Assembly: GCF_000150275.1 (NCBI RefSeq)
Contig: NW_002060955.1
Location: forward strand, 21,240-85,239
Source of the DNA: Trichoplax adhaerens
Lineage: Eukaryota; Animalia; Placozoa
Reading direction: 5' to 3'
DNA: 64,000 nucleotides
The number at the start of each line of letters is the position of its first letter. The first letter of the stretch is position 1. The notes beneath the pieces were generated by a model that was given only the letters and a program-made list of their open reading frames with translations, made no database searches and was not told the origin of the DNA. A program made the translations under genes and the position numbers. Shown here in pieces: positions 1-13,600 of this stretch.

Positions 1-1783
1 AACTTGACTGACATTTAATAAAATTTTAAAACCCTTTGAAAAACATAATAAGTTAATTATAGGAGTAGAATTTAGACTCTTGTCTAAAATTGATCTACCG
101 CCTATATAAATAGTATAATTGAAGGTGATGTCATACATTCCTATGATAAGTCCAGTACTTCGAAAGTAAGAGTCTTATTCAAGTTCTTGATGATAATAAT
201 TAGCACACCTTTATCTAGTCAGCTTCAGTCAAACTATCATAAATTGATCATAAATACATTATTATTAATTACAAAGTATTAAGACGAAGAAGTAAATAAT
301 TATTTCAAGTACTATATGATACTTAAGCCGTATACGTTCTGATATTTAGGCCAATAAAACTTTTCATAACGTTATATCCTAAGGCACTACAAATTATATA
401 AATTATACCTTAATTCTCAAGAAGATATCCACCTATTATAACATAATTTGGCTTCCATTGAAATATATTTTTTACCGCCAAAAGAATCGTTTTCTATATT
501 TACGTATAGCTTAGTGACCTTAATTTTAGAAACCTCATCATGCATATCTTCTGAAATTCTCTTATAAAGCGTTTTATGGCAGTAGTATGTTAGCTAACCA
601 AATCGTTTCCCAAAAACATTGTCCGCTACTCGAATCATGGAGATCATAACTTATATTAAAGCACGTATTGAACAGTTGAAATACCCCTTACATTTCGAAA
701 ATTATTGTGGTATTAGCTGAGTCATAAATGATAAAAACTGACTACTAATACATTTGAAAAATGTTATTATATGCATATTGCCTATTATAAAATTTCATTT
801 CTTATCCCGAAGAGATAAATGTGTCAGCATTGGATGAAGCAATATCTTAATGCGTACCAAAAACATCAAATAATTTTAATGACTTAGGATAGCCAACTGA
901 GTTGACTTAAATACTGCATTCTTCAATGTAACGCTACTACAGCAATACATATGTACTGTAGCATACTACGTCAACCAAATAGGTGACCAAAATAGCTGAC
1001 GATATCTATCACTTATATGATTTACGATTAAAATAAGTAAGACGTAGCATTGAATTAGACTATTATTCATCCCATACATTACTAGCATTCATTGCAACCA
1101 TTTTATAGAGAGATAATGACTTTTATTGATGTCAAAACAGGTCAAAATAAGCAATACACTACTCGAGCAACAATTGATTACATATTTAATTTGTTTCCAA
1201 TTTGCAAAGTCTTATAGAGCAATTGAAATATTCTACCATTCCATGATGGCAATAAATTTAGCACTGTTTCTGGCCAAGGTAAAGTCAACTCTTAAATAAC
1301 GCTTCCGTTAATTGATAATGATTTTATTATTAAATGCTAATTAAATTAGATAAAATCAGATTTTTTTAGACATTTTACTTGTTGATTTGAGCACCCAAAG
1401 GTAACTTAGGACCACAGATATAGATATTAATTGTAACATTCAATCACATTGATCGTCTGCACCTTTTCGAAAAACAGCAATGACGTGATAATCGACCACC
1501 TTCTACAGAGCTATCAGCCAATTATATACAATATGCTTAACTTGTCACTGATAATGGATTATTAATTAAATTAATTACGTATAATGCCGTTTTTGTATTG
1601 CATTTTTCTTTAAAAGTATCGATCCATTGCGCCTTTTGAGCCTTTCTACGTTTTATATGTTGAATAAGAGTTAACTTTTCAATTTGAAATATGCTACAAA
1701 GTATCTTTACCATCTTCTAAAATGGCTGGTTCAAATTGGAAATAACTGACATTTAATTCTGTTAAAAAAATTCAGGAAATGTC

Positions 1784-4133
1784 ATGTCGATTAAATCGAA
1801 AAGCCTAAGAAGATTTACAATTCGACTTGCCAGAGAAGAAAGCGTTTTTTATCCCGGAGAAACAATCTCTGGCAGGGTCACCATAGTTTTGGTATCGCCT
1901 ATAAATGTTAGCAATGTACGTTTGCGATTTTATGGTAGAGCTAGAGTCAGTATTGCAAAAGCTGGTCAGGAGGAATCGACTTATGATGAACAACTGTATG
2001 TAGATAAATCAGCCATTCTATTCGGCAAAGGTATGCACTTTTCTTAATCATTAAGCTTTACTAGTTATTAATAATTTTAAATTTTCGCTTTTAATAAATC
2101 TATCTAATATTTAAACGTCCTCCTTATCTAATTAATCATCATTACAGATAAAATGACAAGATCGATTCGCGCTTCAAAATTGAGCGAAGGTCGTTATGAT
2201 TTTGAATTCAATTTTCCATTACCAAGTAGTGGCTTACCATCATCATTTGAAGATGGAAATGGTAGTAGTATACGGTATATTATTGATTGCTGGATTGAAA
2301 TACCCAAAAAGCAAACGCGAATAGCTAGAAAAGCAGTAACCATATTAGAAACTATAGATACAAAGTTACCACAATTTAGTGTAAGGATTATATTTTATTT
2401 ACTTCGAATCTAATTCTTGGGCTTAATATCAACAAAGCTTACTTATTAAATGTATTAAAACTCATAGAATTATATAGCCTATTATACAAATAATAAGTTT
2501 AAGTGCACGAACTTCTAGAACACTTACAAAGAATACTTATTTATAATTAATATATGTTTTCCGCATATAACTAGGAGCCATCTATTCCGATTGAGATAGA
2601 GAAAAAATTCGGTTGTTTTTGTATCAATTCGGGAATGATTTCGTTTGCATGCAAACTAGCTAGAAAATGTTACTGCCCTGGAGAGAATGTTGTTCTTCAA
2701 TTAGACATCGAAAATGGCTTGCCGCAAAATTTAACCTCCATAAAAGTGAAACTAGTTAGAAAGTTATACATGCGTGCACATGGTAAGACTTGCTAGAATT
2801 TTTTTATAGAATCAATCGAAATGAAACATCTTATCGTATCGTACTCCTTGATGTTGCTGTATCTTGATTCTAATCATTATAAAAAAAACAATTATAACCA
2901 TGCTACTTCTAAATTATTTAACTCTTTCATAGGCAATAGTACCATGAGTCGAAAGGAATACATTAGCAAAGATCTACTTTGTCATATCAATTATCACGAT
3001 AAATATTCATCTCCGATTAATGCCTTTGTAATGCCATGTATATCCCCCACCAATTTAATTTCTCGTCTTATTCAAGTAGAATATTTATTAGAGGTAGGTG
3101 CCTTAGTCCTGCTAATAAGAACTTTAAAAATTAGAGCTTTCAATTCCTGACTTTGAAGGAGATTAGATACGCTATTTTTTACGAATATAGAGATAAAATT
3201 ATCGTTTCTTATCCTTAAGCTTTCATTATTCTACAGGTAAATGTAAATGTTAACCGAAGATCAACGTTAGCCGTAGTATTGCCAATAATAGTTGGGACTA
3301 TTTTGCCTAATATAATGACAATAGCAGAAACTAAATTAGATACAAGTGGTCAACCGGCAATTGTCATTTGCTCCCCTGTTACAGTTACCCTACCGCGTGA
3401 ATATAGCTTCAGTAACCGAACTTCACTTAAGCATAATACCGTCGAGAGAAAGATTTCCAATAGCTCTGGAGATACTATTAAAATTTCCTTAGACGATATG
3501 AAGATTACAAAATCTGAAGAAGTAGTAAATTCAAATTCAAATGAAGAAGTAGTAAAATCAAATGAAGAAGAGAAGGAAATTTCTAGTTTCGTCGTAGGTA
3601 AGCACGAACCAAACATATTCGCCAACGCGGAGGGAGAGACTGAGAGTAATCTAGCGTCTCCTATGGTTGGTCGTTCAGGTAAGAATAACGAAATTATGAT
3701 TTATGAATCGTTAGACCTTGAAATTGACCATCATTGTGTTGTTAGATACGATATTTATGCTAATAATAGCGTATAATCTGTATCGTAATAAGATACAGAA
3801 GGAAGTATTTGTTGCCTATGGCAGTAATCAATTCTCTAAAATTGGCTCTATGCAAAATAATTGAGATCTTGCTTGATTCAAGACAGGCAAAATGATATTT
3901 ACGATAGTAAATCTAAGTGAAACTTGATTTCGATCATTTTAGTGGTTCTCAAGAATAAATTGTCATTGAAATTGAATGATGCGGATAATACGGATAGTAC
4001 GGAGCCTTCTAACTTTGCCCCATGCATTGATGGACCAATAAGTACTGTAGAAGAAGACGATATCAATTGTGTCTTCATTGGCAATACTCAATTTATTCCT
4101 CGTTATAGTTATGCTTGGCAGCCTGAAGTATGA
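1784..4133 (+). CDS. Alpha-arrestin (ARRDC/TXNIP-like) gene 1, 6 coding exons, about 466-493 aa
   Basis: Exons 1784-2030, 2148-2380, 2575-2782, 2933-3093, 3237-3678 (alternative donor after 3597) and 3943-4133. All introns are GT-AG and phase-compatible (1,0,1,0,1). Arrestin-N motifs VFYPGETISGRV, GRYDFEFNFPLP and LPSSFEDG..SIRY; arrestin-C motifs CYCPGE, ISPTN, IQVEYLLE and LPIIVGT. The last junction is the least certain, and an unspliced form would stop at 3776. Confidence 0.9.
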
Positions 4134-7100
4134 TCTTGAAACCTGTGCCGTAGTCCAATAAATTTCTTCATATGTTAGGTAATTAATAACAAAGTATCTA
4201 TCTAACAGTAAGTAACCATAATTATATGATTATTGTTCTAATAATTCCTTTTCACCTGCACATGCAGTTATAATTTCAATATTCTCCAATAGATCCTAGA
4301 TCACATCGTTATGAATTGTTTAGATAAATTCGGTATATATAACATGTATTCCGGGATTGACCTAATATATGCAGTACAGCACATCCTACACTTCTACCGT
4401 TAGCGTTGAAAGTTGTAGTCTCTACGATTTATATTAGAGCATGCTTCCAGTTATTCATCATTTTATACGTGAATCATTGATAACTAAACAATTATGGTTA
4501 CATAAAGTTGAAATAGTCTCTAATTTGCTGAAGAAGTTATCAGTTTCTAAAAAAATATGCGTATGATGCAAACAGCATTATAGTAATATTTTCACAGCTT
4601 TTCAAGCTAATTGTCGCGACCTCGATATAATAAATTGCTTGTACTTATCTAGATTAGCACAGCTTTTCTATCTTAAAGCGCTACAACTTAGTAATGTCTT
4701 TCTCTATCGTATAAGAGTGTTATACAGTATCGTTGGCATAGCTGAAGTGCTTGAACCATGCAAAGGCGCTAGATAAGTTAATTTGGATGATACAGTATTT
4801 AAGAGGAAGTTTGACTTTGTTAGAGCAGATTTTAACATGTTCTTAAGTAAAGACAGAGGATTAAAATAATTGCAAATAATGCGTTGTTGTGAGTTTGAGC
4901 TATATTACGTTTATGCTTCCGCAAACCGGACCCAATTCATAACATTAACTAATAAAGTAAATATGAAATTAAAATAGCCTTACACATGCAAATTCTTATA
5001 TATTTATATGTAAAGTAAGTCCGTGAAGAAGTAATCATGCAAAATAAAATAAATCATTGTAATTACGTCTATATGATTTATGTTTATCGAAAAGTTTCAA
5101 TACAAGATTTATCACGATCTTGTAGAACCATTGACGAGCTACGAAACGAATGCATTTAACTATTGAAAACGATTTTAAAGAATATCTACCGTCTATTGAA
5201 CTAGAATTATTGGTGCAAGTAATCCAAGTACAGCACCACAGTACAGTTTGTCTAACGAGTTCATGCAATAAATTAGACTATTAATTATTATTATTATTAT
5301 TAATTTAACTTTATTTATTAGCATGCATAAATGTCATTTTCCAATATACATAATAATCGTCAGTTTGCAGTCTTCTTACCTGTACCTTATACAAATTACG
5401 GCAGATTTATACTATAGTAATTGCAGTAATATTTAATTTTAGCTTGGACCGCAGGCCTATGATAGTACTTAGCTTATTGGTCAATGTGTACATTAACACG
5501 AGTATTTGTTCAGCTTTCACTATCTACCACTTCCACCAGCAAGATACTACCAACACTAGCAGAAATCGAAATTCTTTAATAATACTTCAATACTATGTAG
5601 CGATAATTCTATAATTAGTAAATGACGATTCCATTTGCTTGATTACTGCGATGGCGAACTGCTGTGTGTTAAAGAAGCTTGGTGATAAATAGCCATATTC
5701 TTCTGTATCTGTTCACTAATCATTCTGATTATGATACGTTATAAATCCGCTCTGCACAAATGCTCTCTACTTTCCAAATCAGCTCTACACCACAAACTAG
5801 AACCAATCTTTAAGTTTACAATATTTAGGGAATCATTTGAGTCTTATCACTTATCACTTCTGCACTCAACTAGATAGTTTGCTTTTATGCTTAAGTCTAA
5901 ATTTAGAGAATAATCTTTATTAGGTACTTGTGTACTATATGTGCTATATTACAAGCTACTAATGATCAGATCAGTAGCCTACTTGCTCCTCAAGATCTGT
6001 AGGCAAGGAATTTATACTCAATCGCTTACTTAATATAATAGGAATGATAGACATTGCATCTAGTTTCTATTATACATGGTCAAATTGTAGCATTATTTAA
6101 GAATAATTTAGGGTAAAATATGTAAATTACTTTCAGTGAATAAACAGACAAGAAATCACTCTGCAACCAATTAATTTCAACTATAATTTAAAATTGCAAT
6201 CATGGTGTTATACAGTATGTAGTTCATCCTAACAAGTATCACTATGTTTAAAAGAGTTTTTAAAATATTAAAAAAGAACAACATTTCTTGTAAATCTGCA
6301 TTTTCTTGCATTGATTTGGTTAACTTAACTGTATTAAGGGGCTGTCTGCTACCTTCAGTCTATCACTATCTAACCTACTGTAATAAAATCGACGACTTCA
6401 ATATGCACAGTTGATTGAAAGGTTAGTTCTCACTACTCAATCCTATCTTGTCAAATTAAGTCACAAGATCAAGCTAAATTGAATATTGAAAAAATATGAA
6501 AACAAAAAATAGCATTTGTTGTAAAGCTTCACTCTAAAACATAGTCTAGGGTTCATCGAACAGTACCAAGAACTAACTACCTTCGGTTTACAGCTGTCGA
6601 CCTTGTTACAAGAAGTCTACAATCGATAGAACATATTATACACGTTCAAAGCAATTTGCAACATCATGCAAGTATTTCGCTCTGCGTACGCCATAAGAAC
6701 AGTAAATATACACTCCATTGAACTTAGCATCGAATACAACTTGCTTCGTAATTGCATGCTATGTATGTTGCTGTAATCGGACATGGCATTAGATTGAAGA
6801 TTGTTAGCCATGTTGAAAATATGATGTACAGGAGCGAAGCTTACTCGATTTATCCTAAGCCATAGTACCGGATAACTATAGCATAGATTTGAAATGAGGA
6901 TACCTTAAACTACAGGATATTCGAGAACAGATGGCAATGAACAGTATCGAACAGTTTTCCTTCACTTTTATACACTGTCTAGGTCCATGTATATCGTAGG
7001 AATATATGTGCAAAGTAGTCTCCTAAATGGACAATTGCAGTTGATTAAAGACCACTCACTGTATAAAATACTGAACAGACTATCACGGCCTACAAGGAGG

Positions 7101-7676
7101 ATCTAAAAGTCCATGGCTCTACTGATTATTTTACTGTCCTGTAATGAAAGACAATCCATCGCGATCGAATGGTGACGAAGTACAGCACATAAACGACTAC
7201 AGAACTATAGCTCAGTGTTGATTTAGCTCAACTCGTTCAGCTGGCTAGTAGATCAGTTAAGAATCGAATTCGTTGTAGGGAAAGTAAGTATGTGCTAGTT
7301 TAAAGAATGGTGCAATAAAAGTATCCTATTTTAGAATACCCTCGAGCACAGTACTAATCGGACTAGCGCAGCTAATGAACCAATTTTCCAACAGAGTTTC
7401 CAAGATCCTAATACGGTGTGCAAGCACTCTTGATGCTAGAGGTAAAAGTAGATATGGAACTCCTATACTTGGGCATGACTAGTTTAGCATACTGTGGCTA
7501 AAGGAAATAGGCATACATAGAAATACTGCAGCTCTTATTACCGTCATCTATTGTAAATAATTCGCCTTCGTATATGTTGCTAATTATGACCTGAAGAATT
7601 GCAACATAAAGTAGAATATTGCTATTCTGATTGCAACCTTAAAAGTTACGATAAGTTTGCAAGCAGGCGACTTTAG

Positions 7677-8658
7677 GGTGCTCAGTAGTTCTTTCTAAAG
7701 TCTTCTTGGTATTGTAGTTTTAAAAATTCTGCTAGAGTACGTCGATGTGAGTGCTTGTGATCGCTTCTACTCTATGCTGTTGTAAATTATTATCATCAAG
7801 CAAAGTAATCAGTTCTTTCTAAAAGTCTTCCTAGTATTGTAGTTTTAAAATTCTGCTACAGCATGTCGATGATCGTGCTTGTGATTGCTTCTACAGTAGT
7901 CTATTCAGTTATAAATTATTATCATCAAGCAAGGTACTCAGTAGTTCTTTCTTAAAGTCCTCCTGATAGTTTTAAAAATTCGGCTCGAGTATGTCGATTA
8001 TCGTGCTGGTGAATGCTTCCATCTTATGCTTTTGTAAATTATTATCCTAAAGCAAGGTACTCAGTAGTTTAAAAATTCTGCTACAGTATGTCGATGATCG
8101 TGCTAGTGATGGCTTCTACTCTATTTTGTTGTAAATTATTATCATCAAGCAAGGTACTCAGTAGTTCTTTCTAAAAGTCTTCCTGGTCCTGTAATTTTAA
8201 AAATTCTGTTACAGTATGCGGATGATCGTGCTTGTGATGGCTTCTATTCTATTCTGTTGTAAATTATTATCATCAAGCAAGGTACTCAGTGGTTCTTTCT
8301 AACAGTCTTCCAGGTACTGTAGTTTTAAAAATTTTGCTAGAGTATGCGGATGATCGTACTTGTGATCCGTTTTCTCTATGCTGTTGTAAATCATTATCAT
8401 CAAGAAAGGTACTCAGTAGTTCTTTCTAAAAGTCTTCCTGGTACTGTAGTTTTTAAAATTGTGCTAAAGTATGTCGATGATCGTGCTTGTGATCGCTTCT
8501 ACATGATGCTGTTGTAAATCATTATCATCAAGCAAGGTACTCAGTAGTTCTTTCTGAATGTCTTCCAGGTACTGTCGTTTAAAAAATTCTGCTAGAGTAT
8601 GCAGATGATCTTATTTGAGAACGGTTCTATTCCATTCTGTAGTAAATGATTATCATCA
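7677..8658. repeat. Tandem minisatellite, about 128-bp unit, 8 diverged copies
   Basis: Unit GGTACTCAGTAGTTCTTTCT...ATTATCATCAAGCAA starts at about 7677, 7804, 7933, 8056 (internally deleted, 97 bp), 8153, 8281, 8408 and 8536. Confidence 0.95.
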
Positions 8659-9142
8659 TGCAAATCCTATCGTAATGATGGTCTTGATCAACAGCATAGA
8701 GTAGCAGACTCTCTCTCCAATCGAAGAATCTACGTGTAGAAAGTCAGTAGCATGATATCTATCCTGTTTCAAAATCAAGCAACTATCCTCATTCTGTAGA
8801 CCAGCCACCGAAAGGGTCGCAAACATGGCAATGTTTGGCCCCGCTTGTTCTACTTCGTCCTTGTAGCCAGATATTTCCAAGCTTGCAATATTATGCAAAT
8901 GCATGGTGTATTACTAATTAATTGATGATCTTTGATCGAACTTGATGATTTCTTCATTATACTAACACTATTGCTGAAGACAACATGATTACCATATTGT
9001 CCAAGATGGCCATCCCTAAACAATAGAACAGTAGGAGATCCTGACTAGGACTACTCCATTCGCCATATTAGGTAATTACTGGGCGAATAATTCATCACTC
9101 TACTATACAGTGTGCAATACTACAGTAGACTTAAGTTGGGAG

Positions 9143-9150
9143 TATAAAAA
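9143..9150 (+). promoter_or_regulatory. Putative TATA box of the CARD gene
   Basis: TATAAAAA followed by GGG. A candidate 5'-UTR intron at 9232-9343 (G|GTACTA...TTTATAG|) ends 18 nt before the ATG at 9362. Confidence 0.4.
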
Positions 9151-9361
9151 GGGAAGAAAAATTATTAATAGTAGCATCATGACTGAGGTCTGCAAATTTT
9201 CTGCATAGTTTATGTTGATAAAATTCGGAAGGTACTATCGCTGTTTGTAGTCGTTGTTTTCGATGAACAGCACTTTAGGATGTATTTTGGTGCTGTAGCA
9301 TAATGTTTAATAACATTATGCTTCTTAATTGCTTCATTTATAGACGACAAAAAAGAGAAAG

Positions 9362-9868
9362 ATGGATTCACGTCAGAGAAATACAATTATCAAGCATTTC
9401 ACCTTAATATGCCACAACATTCCGACACAGAGATCGCTAGAAAACTTTAGTCAGTTAATCAATGATGATAATCGGCGTTACTTGGATCTATTGCCCAATG
9501 ATTACCAAAAGAAAGAAACATTGTTAAACATAATCTTGCAAACGGAACGAAATAATATTTTTCAAGAATTACTTGATTTTCTATGGCAATTTAATGCTAC
9601 TGAAGGCAATTTAGGAGAGATCGTTGCAAGAACGTACAAAAATGAATTAATTCAAGTAGTTAATTGGCAGAAAAGCAGCGAGGTAAACCTTAGAAGGCAT
9701 ACTAAGACTGTGTATCGCAGCGTTAGGGAAATGCAAGATATCCTTACATCGATCCATGATCAAGGTATTTCATATTCAAAAATAGATCTTCCAGTATCAC
9801 CTACACTACCTACAATACAGCCAATAAATAAGATCTTTTTCATTCAGCAATTCAACTTCATTAAGTGA
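9362..9868 (+). CDS. CARD (death-fold) domain protein, Apaf-1-CARD-like N-terminus; standalone ORF or first coding exon
   Basis: 168-aa ORF. Residues 1 to about 92 (MDSRQRNTIIKHFTLICHNIPTQ...PNDYQKKETLLNIILQTERNN...LLDFL...NLGEIV) align by eye with the Apaf-1 CARD pattern recalled from memory (MDAKARNCLLQH...DIKT...PTQQQRAAMLIKMILKKDND). Internal donor-like sites follow 9682, 9764 and 9864. Confidence 0.7.
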   Translation: MDSRQRNTIIKHFTLICHNIPTQRSLENFSQLINDDNRRYLDLLPNDYQKKETLLNIILQTERNNIFQELLDFLWQFNATEGNLGEIVARTYKNELIQVVNWQKSSEVNLRRHTKTVYRSVREMQDILTSIHDQGISYSKIDLPVSPTLPTIQPINKIFFIQQFNFIK

Positions 9869-9874
9869 ATGTAC

Positions 9875-10316
9875 TCCTCTATCTTATGAAGAGTAGCTAC
9901 TGTTATCCAACTTAAAATTATACACTTAGCCATGATGTAGCCTATGGGAAGTAGTCCATTCTACTGCGTTAGTGTTGCATAATAATCCTCTATCTTATGA
10001 AGAGTAGCTACTGTTATCCAACTTAAAATTATACACTTAGCCATGATGTAGCCTACGTGAAGTAGTCCATTCTACTGCGTTAGTGTTGCATAATAATCCT
10101 CTATCTTATGAAGAGTAGCTACTGTTATCCAACTTAAAATTATACACTTAGCCATGATGTAGCCTACGGGAAGTAGTCCATTCTACTGCGTTAGTGTTGC
10201 ATAATAATCCTCTATCTTATGAAGAGTAGCTACTGTTATCCAACTTAAAACTTTACACTTAGCCATGATGTAGCCTATGGGAAGTAGTCAATTCTACTGC
10301 GTTAGTGTTACATAAT
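9875..10316. repeat. Tandem repeat, 111-bp unit x4, near-identical
   Basis: TCCTCTATCTTATGAAGAG... starts at 9875, 9986, 10097 and 10208, with only a few substitutions. It begins 7 nt after the CARD ORF stop. Confidence 0.97.
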
Positions 10317-10624
10317 ACAGCACTATGTTAACATGATACAGCGACATTGATCATCATTCTATGTGATCTGATAAAACATTTTTTTCTTCATGTAATCACT
10401 TGAAATGACCCATGCTCTCTATAGAAATAGCCAAGGTAATAACAGTAATTCAATTCAACCTCTTTCGTTATCATCACTGCAAGCAAAGTTTGACATAAAT
10501 TGTTATTATAAATAGCTGTAGATTAACCTTCATTGATAGGAAATTTCTTTCATTACTTGTGTACATCGAGTAAACCTATGAAATCTTTGCCATGTTTACT
10601 AAATATATACGTCATGTACTGTAG

Positions 10625-13600
10625 ATGCACGAACAAGTTGGCGATAAAATTACTTTCGTCCTGTCGGTAAGGAATGTCTCTTATTCGAGATTCGTCATTT
10701 CTCCTCGCAGTTTATACGTACTATGTCGCAGATTAAGTAGTAAATCATTTCAATTAGCCGCAATTGATTCAAATTTCTATTCAGTCGAGTAATAATGTCT
10801 GATTGCAACTAATATAGAACCTGACTTCAAAATCGACACCTCAAGAAATATACGACGCTGCTCGAATTGCAAGGTGTTTAGGCTATTTCGTAATTCTACA
10901 GCTAGTAATTAATAAACTATTCGTGGCTAGGAATTATAGCAATTAATCTATTTACAACGACAGGGCCATCATGGCAATAACTTCTATACCAGACCCAGTT
11001 ATGAGGTGCATTATCATTTTGACTGACTGTGTATGTCATGCCAACTTATTAACACTGTCATTTCCTGACTTGAAATAGATCTCAATTGGTAATTAAACTA
11101 GTTCGCTGTCTTATTCGGTCTGATAGGTATGATTTAATATTTATCGTTATGTTATAGCGAATAGATTCAATATAATTATTGTAACATCAGTGTTATTAAT
11201 TATTGTTGAACTATAAATATAAAAATAGCTCGAATCCAGAAGTTCAAGTAGAACTTTGCAGAGCTTTAAATTCATTATTAGAAAAGGACTATCGTACCTT
11301 TAAAGATGAAGGTTTTTGCAAAATTGAAATTTTTCTTAATATCTTTTACTAAAGATTTAAAAAGCATATAAATTTTGTGCTATAATACTGTCAGGTGGAG
11401 TCACAGAAAGTATTGAATTATTGTCTTCGCCCTATCCTGAGGTAGCATACCATGCTTGTGATTTGTTTACTAAGATCGCACCGTTCGTTTTCCTCGAAGA
11501 TGTCACCTTTGCCAATACTCTCTATTCTACTCTCCAAGCCTATCGACATGATGTAATTTGTAATATGTTTAAGCGGTCTAGCATTATGCGTCCATGTTAA
11601 CATGCAATCTATAATGCATACTCCGACTAACCATTGATTTTTATTACAATGCAGATGAATTTCATTAAACTGATCAGTAAAATTTTAGCTATCATGATTC
11701 ACGGTATAGGAAGTCCAATACAGCCCCAATATCTTGTTCCTGTAAATCCAATCATTAAAATTTAGAGAATAAATTCATATAGTAGTTCTTCAATTGCAAC
11801 ATTAATTCAATAACTCATATTTTATAGCTTTATCCGGTATTTAACGATTTGATTTGGTACAATGATAGAGAGGTGAGGAATTTATAAACTCTTACTACCT
11901 TGGTAACGTACTTGCCTGTCGCTGAATAATAATAATAATAGACTCTTTGATGTAGGTTATCGTAAACGTTTGCAAATCTTTCGTCGATATATTCGATGAC
12001 TCGGAGACGGACACTAACGATTTTTTATCGGTATATTTCTCTGGATAAAATTTTACAAATTTAACTTTTATTTAAATTTCCGTAATAAATAGTATAATTT
12101 AATGACAGAAAGCCGATACTTCTGATTTAACTCAAAATGTCAATTTTAATTTTTGTTTAGCATATTTTAAACTATGGTTGGTTGCCTTATATAGTCCCTC
12201 TTGTTGCTTCATCTTCAAAAGAGTTATCGGTTAACTAGGATTACATTGTCGATAGTTAATGTAAAATTGAATTTTACAATAAATTATAATAAAGTTGCTT
12301 GTTTTAATGTAAAGGAAACTTCTCTAACTGCTCTCATGAACCTCACTTATACGCCCAGATGGCGTAGAACTACCACCGAAGCTACTAGTAGATGCATAAA
12401 GGTATACGCCTACCCATAGAACACCTGCACTGAGCCTTACTGCCATTATGTAGCTTTAATAACTAAAGATACTTCGAAGATAGACACACTGAGACTGATT
12501 AATACTTTACGTTTGTAGACTGTTGTAGATTTGAAAGTGCTTGAATATCTTAAGCCACATTTTTGTGGTAACTGCGGAGTAACCTACCTTTGGGTAAGTA
12601 TCGAACTTCAATTTAGTTATTCGTTGTTACAAAACAATAAGCAAAAGAGAACTTTATTTGATTGCTGTGCATTTGGATTTAATCGTAGCAAAATATTTCT
12701 TATTAGGTATCATTATCATTACTGATTAATATATCTCTGAGTGACTTTCGACAAGTAAGATAAACATTTACATCATGATGAATTGGTTCATATGTTTAAA
12801 CTTCATAAATGCTAATCTTCTTGCACTTGGAACTTATTTAGAGTATATTTGATGCAAAATTACTGAAAAGAGTTTTGCAAATCTTAGTACAGGTAAGATT
12901 TTAGTTCGTTAACAATCAACCCACGCGCCATAGCAATTTTTTGAGTTTCGTATCAATATAAATTATCACGTTAGCCAAAGGATCTCGATATTGAAAGAAG
13001 ATCTTTTACAATCATCAGCGGCATTATTGATGGCGGTGATGTCAGTCAGGTATATTTACAAACAATGTAATTTTTTTCATCACTTCATGCTGAGATCTTT
13101 AATATTTTAAGTCAACTCAATCATTTGGTACAATAATAAATAATATCAACAATTTATTAGAATGTATACCTAGCCAAAATTGGAGTGGTAACAGCATTAT
13201 GTAATTATATGCGAAAGCAATTACAACTACACGTGGTAAAGTATTAAATTGCAAAATACAATTTACAAAGATAAAACTTTAAAATATTATGGTGGTAAAT
13301 CATTTATTTGAACAGACAGCAGATCGATGCTCCTCAGCGATTGTAAAGCATTTCGAGGTATTCTGCAACAGATGAAAAGCTTTTCAATTATACTGAATCT
13401 AAAAATACAATTATATAGCAATCAATTCTTCTAGAGTGTTAGTTGAAACATGACTTGATGTATTTTATTTTTAAAATCGTTGTTAGCATTTCAAATTTTT
13501 ATGATTACATGTCTTCTCTACGGGTATACTGTCCTCGCTGATTGAATTGTAACTGCTATAGCTAAAAATTTTTAGAATAATACTCTTTTTAAATTATGCA

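Noticed and set aside
4700-7450. Scattered exon-like segments (about 4740-4845, 5120-5218, 7211-7283, 7334-7441)
   Set aside because: Stops, phase mismatches or too-short introns prevented any coherent model; an unrecognised gene or pseudogene cannot be excluded.
8656-8904. 82-aa minus-strand ORF next to the 128-bp array
   Set aside because: No recognisable motif and no consistent splice model.
7677-10316. Tandem arrays as CRISPR arrays
   Set aside because: The units are contiguous 111-128-bp repeats without unique spacers, there are no cas genes, and the context is eukaryotic.
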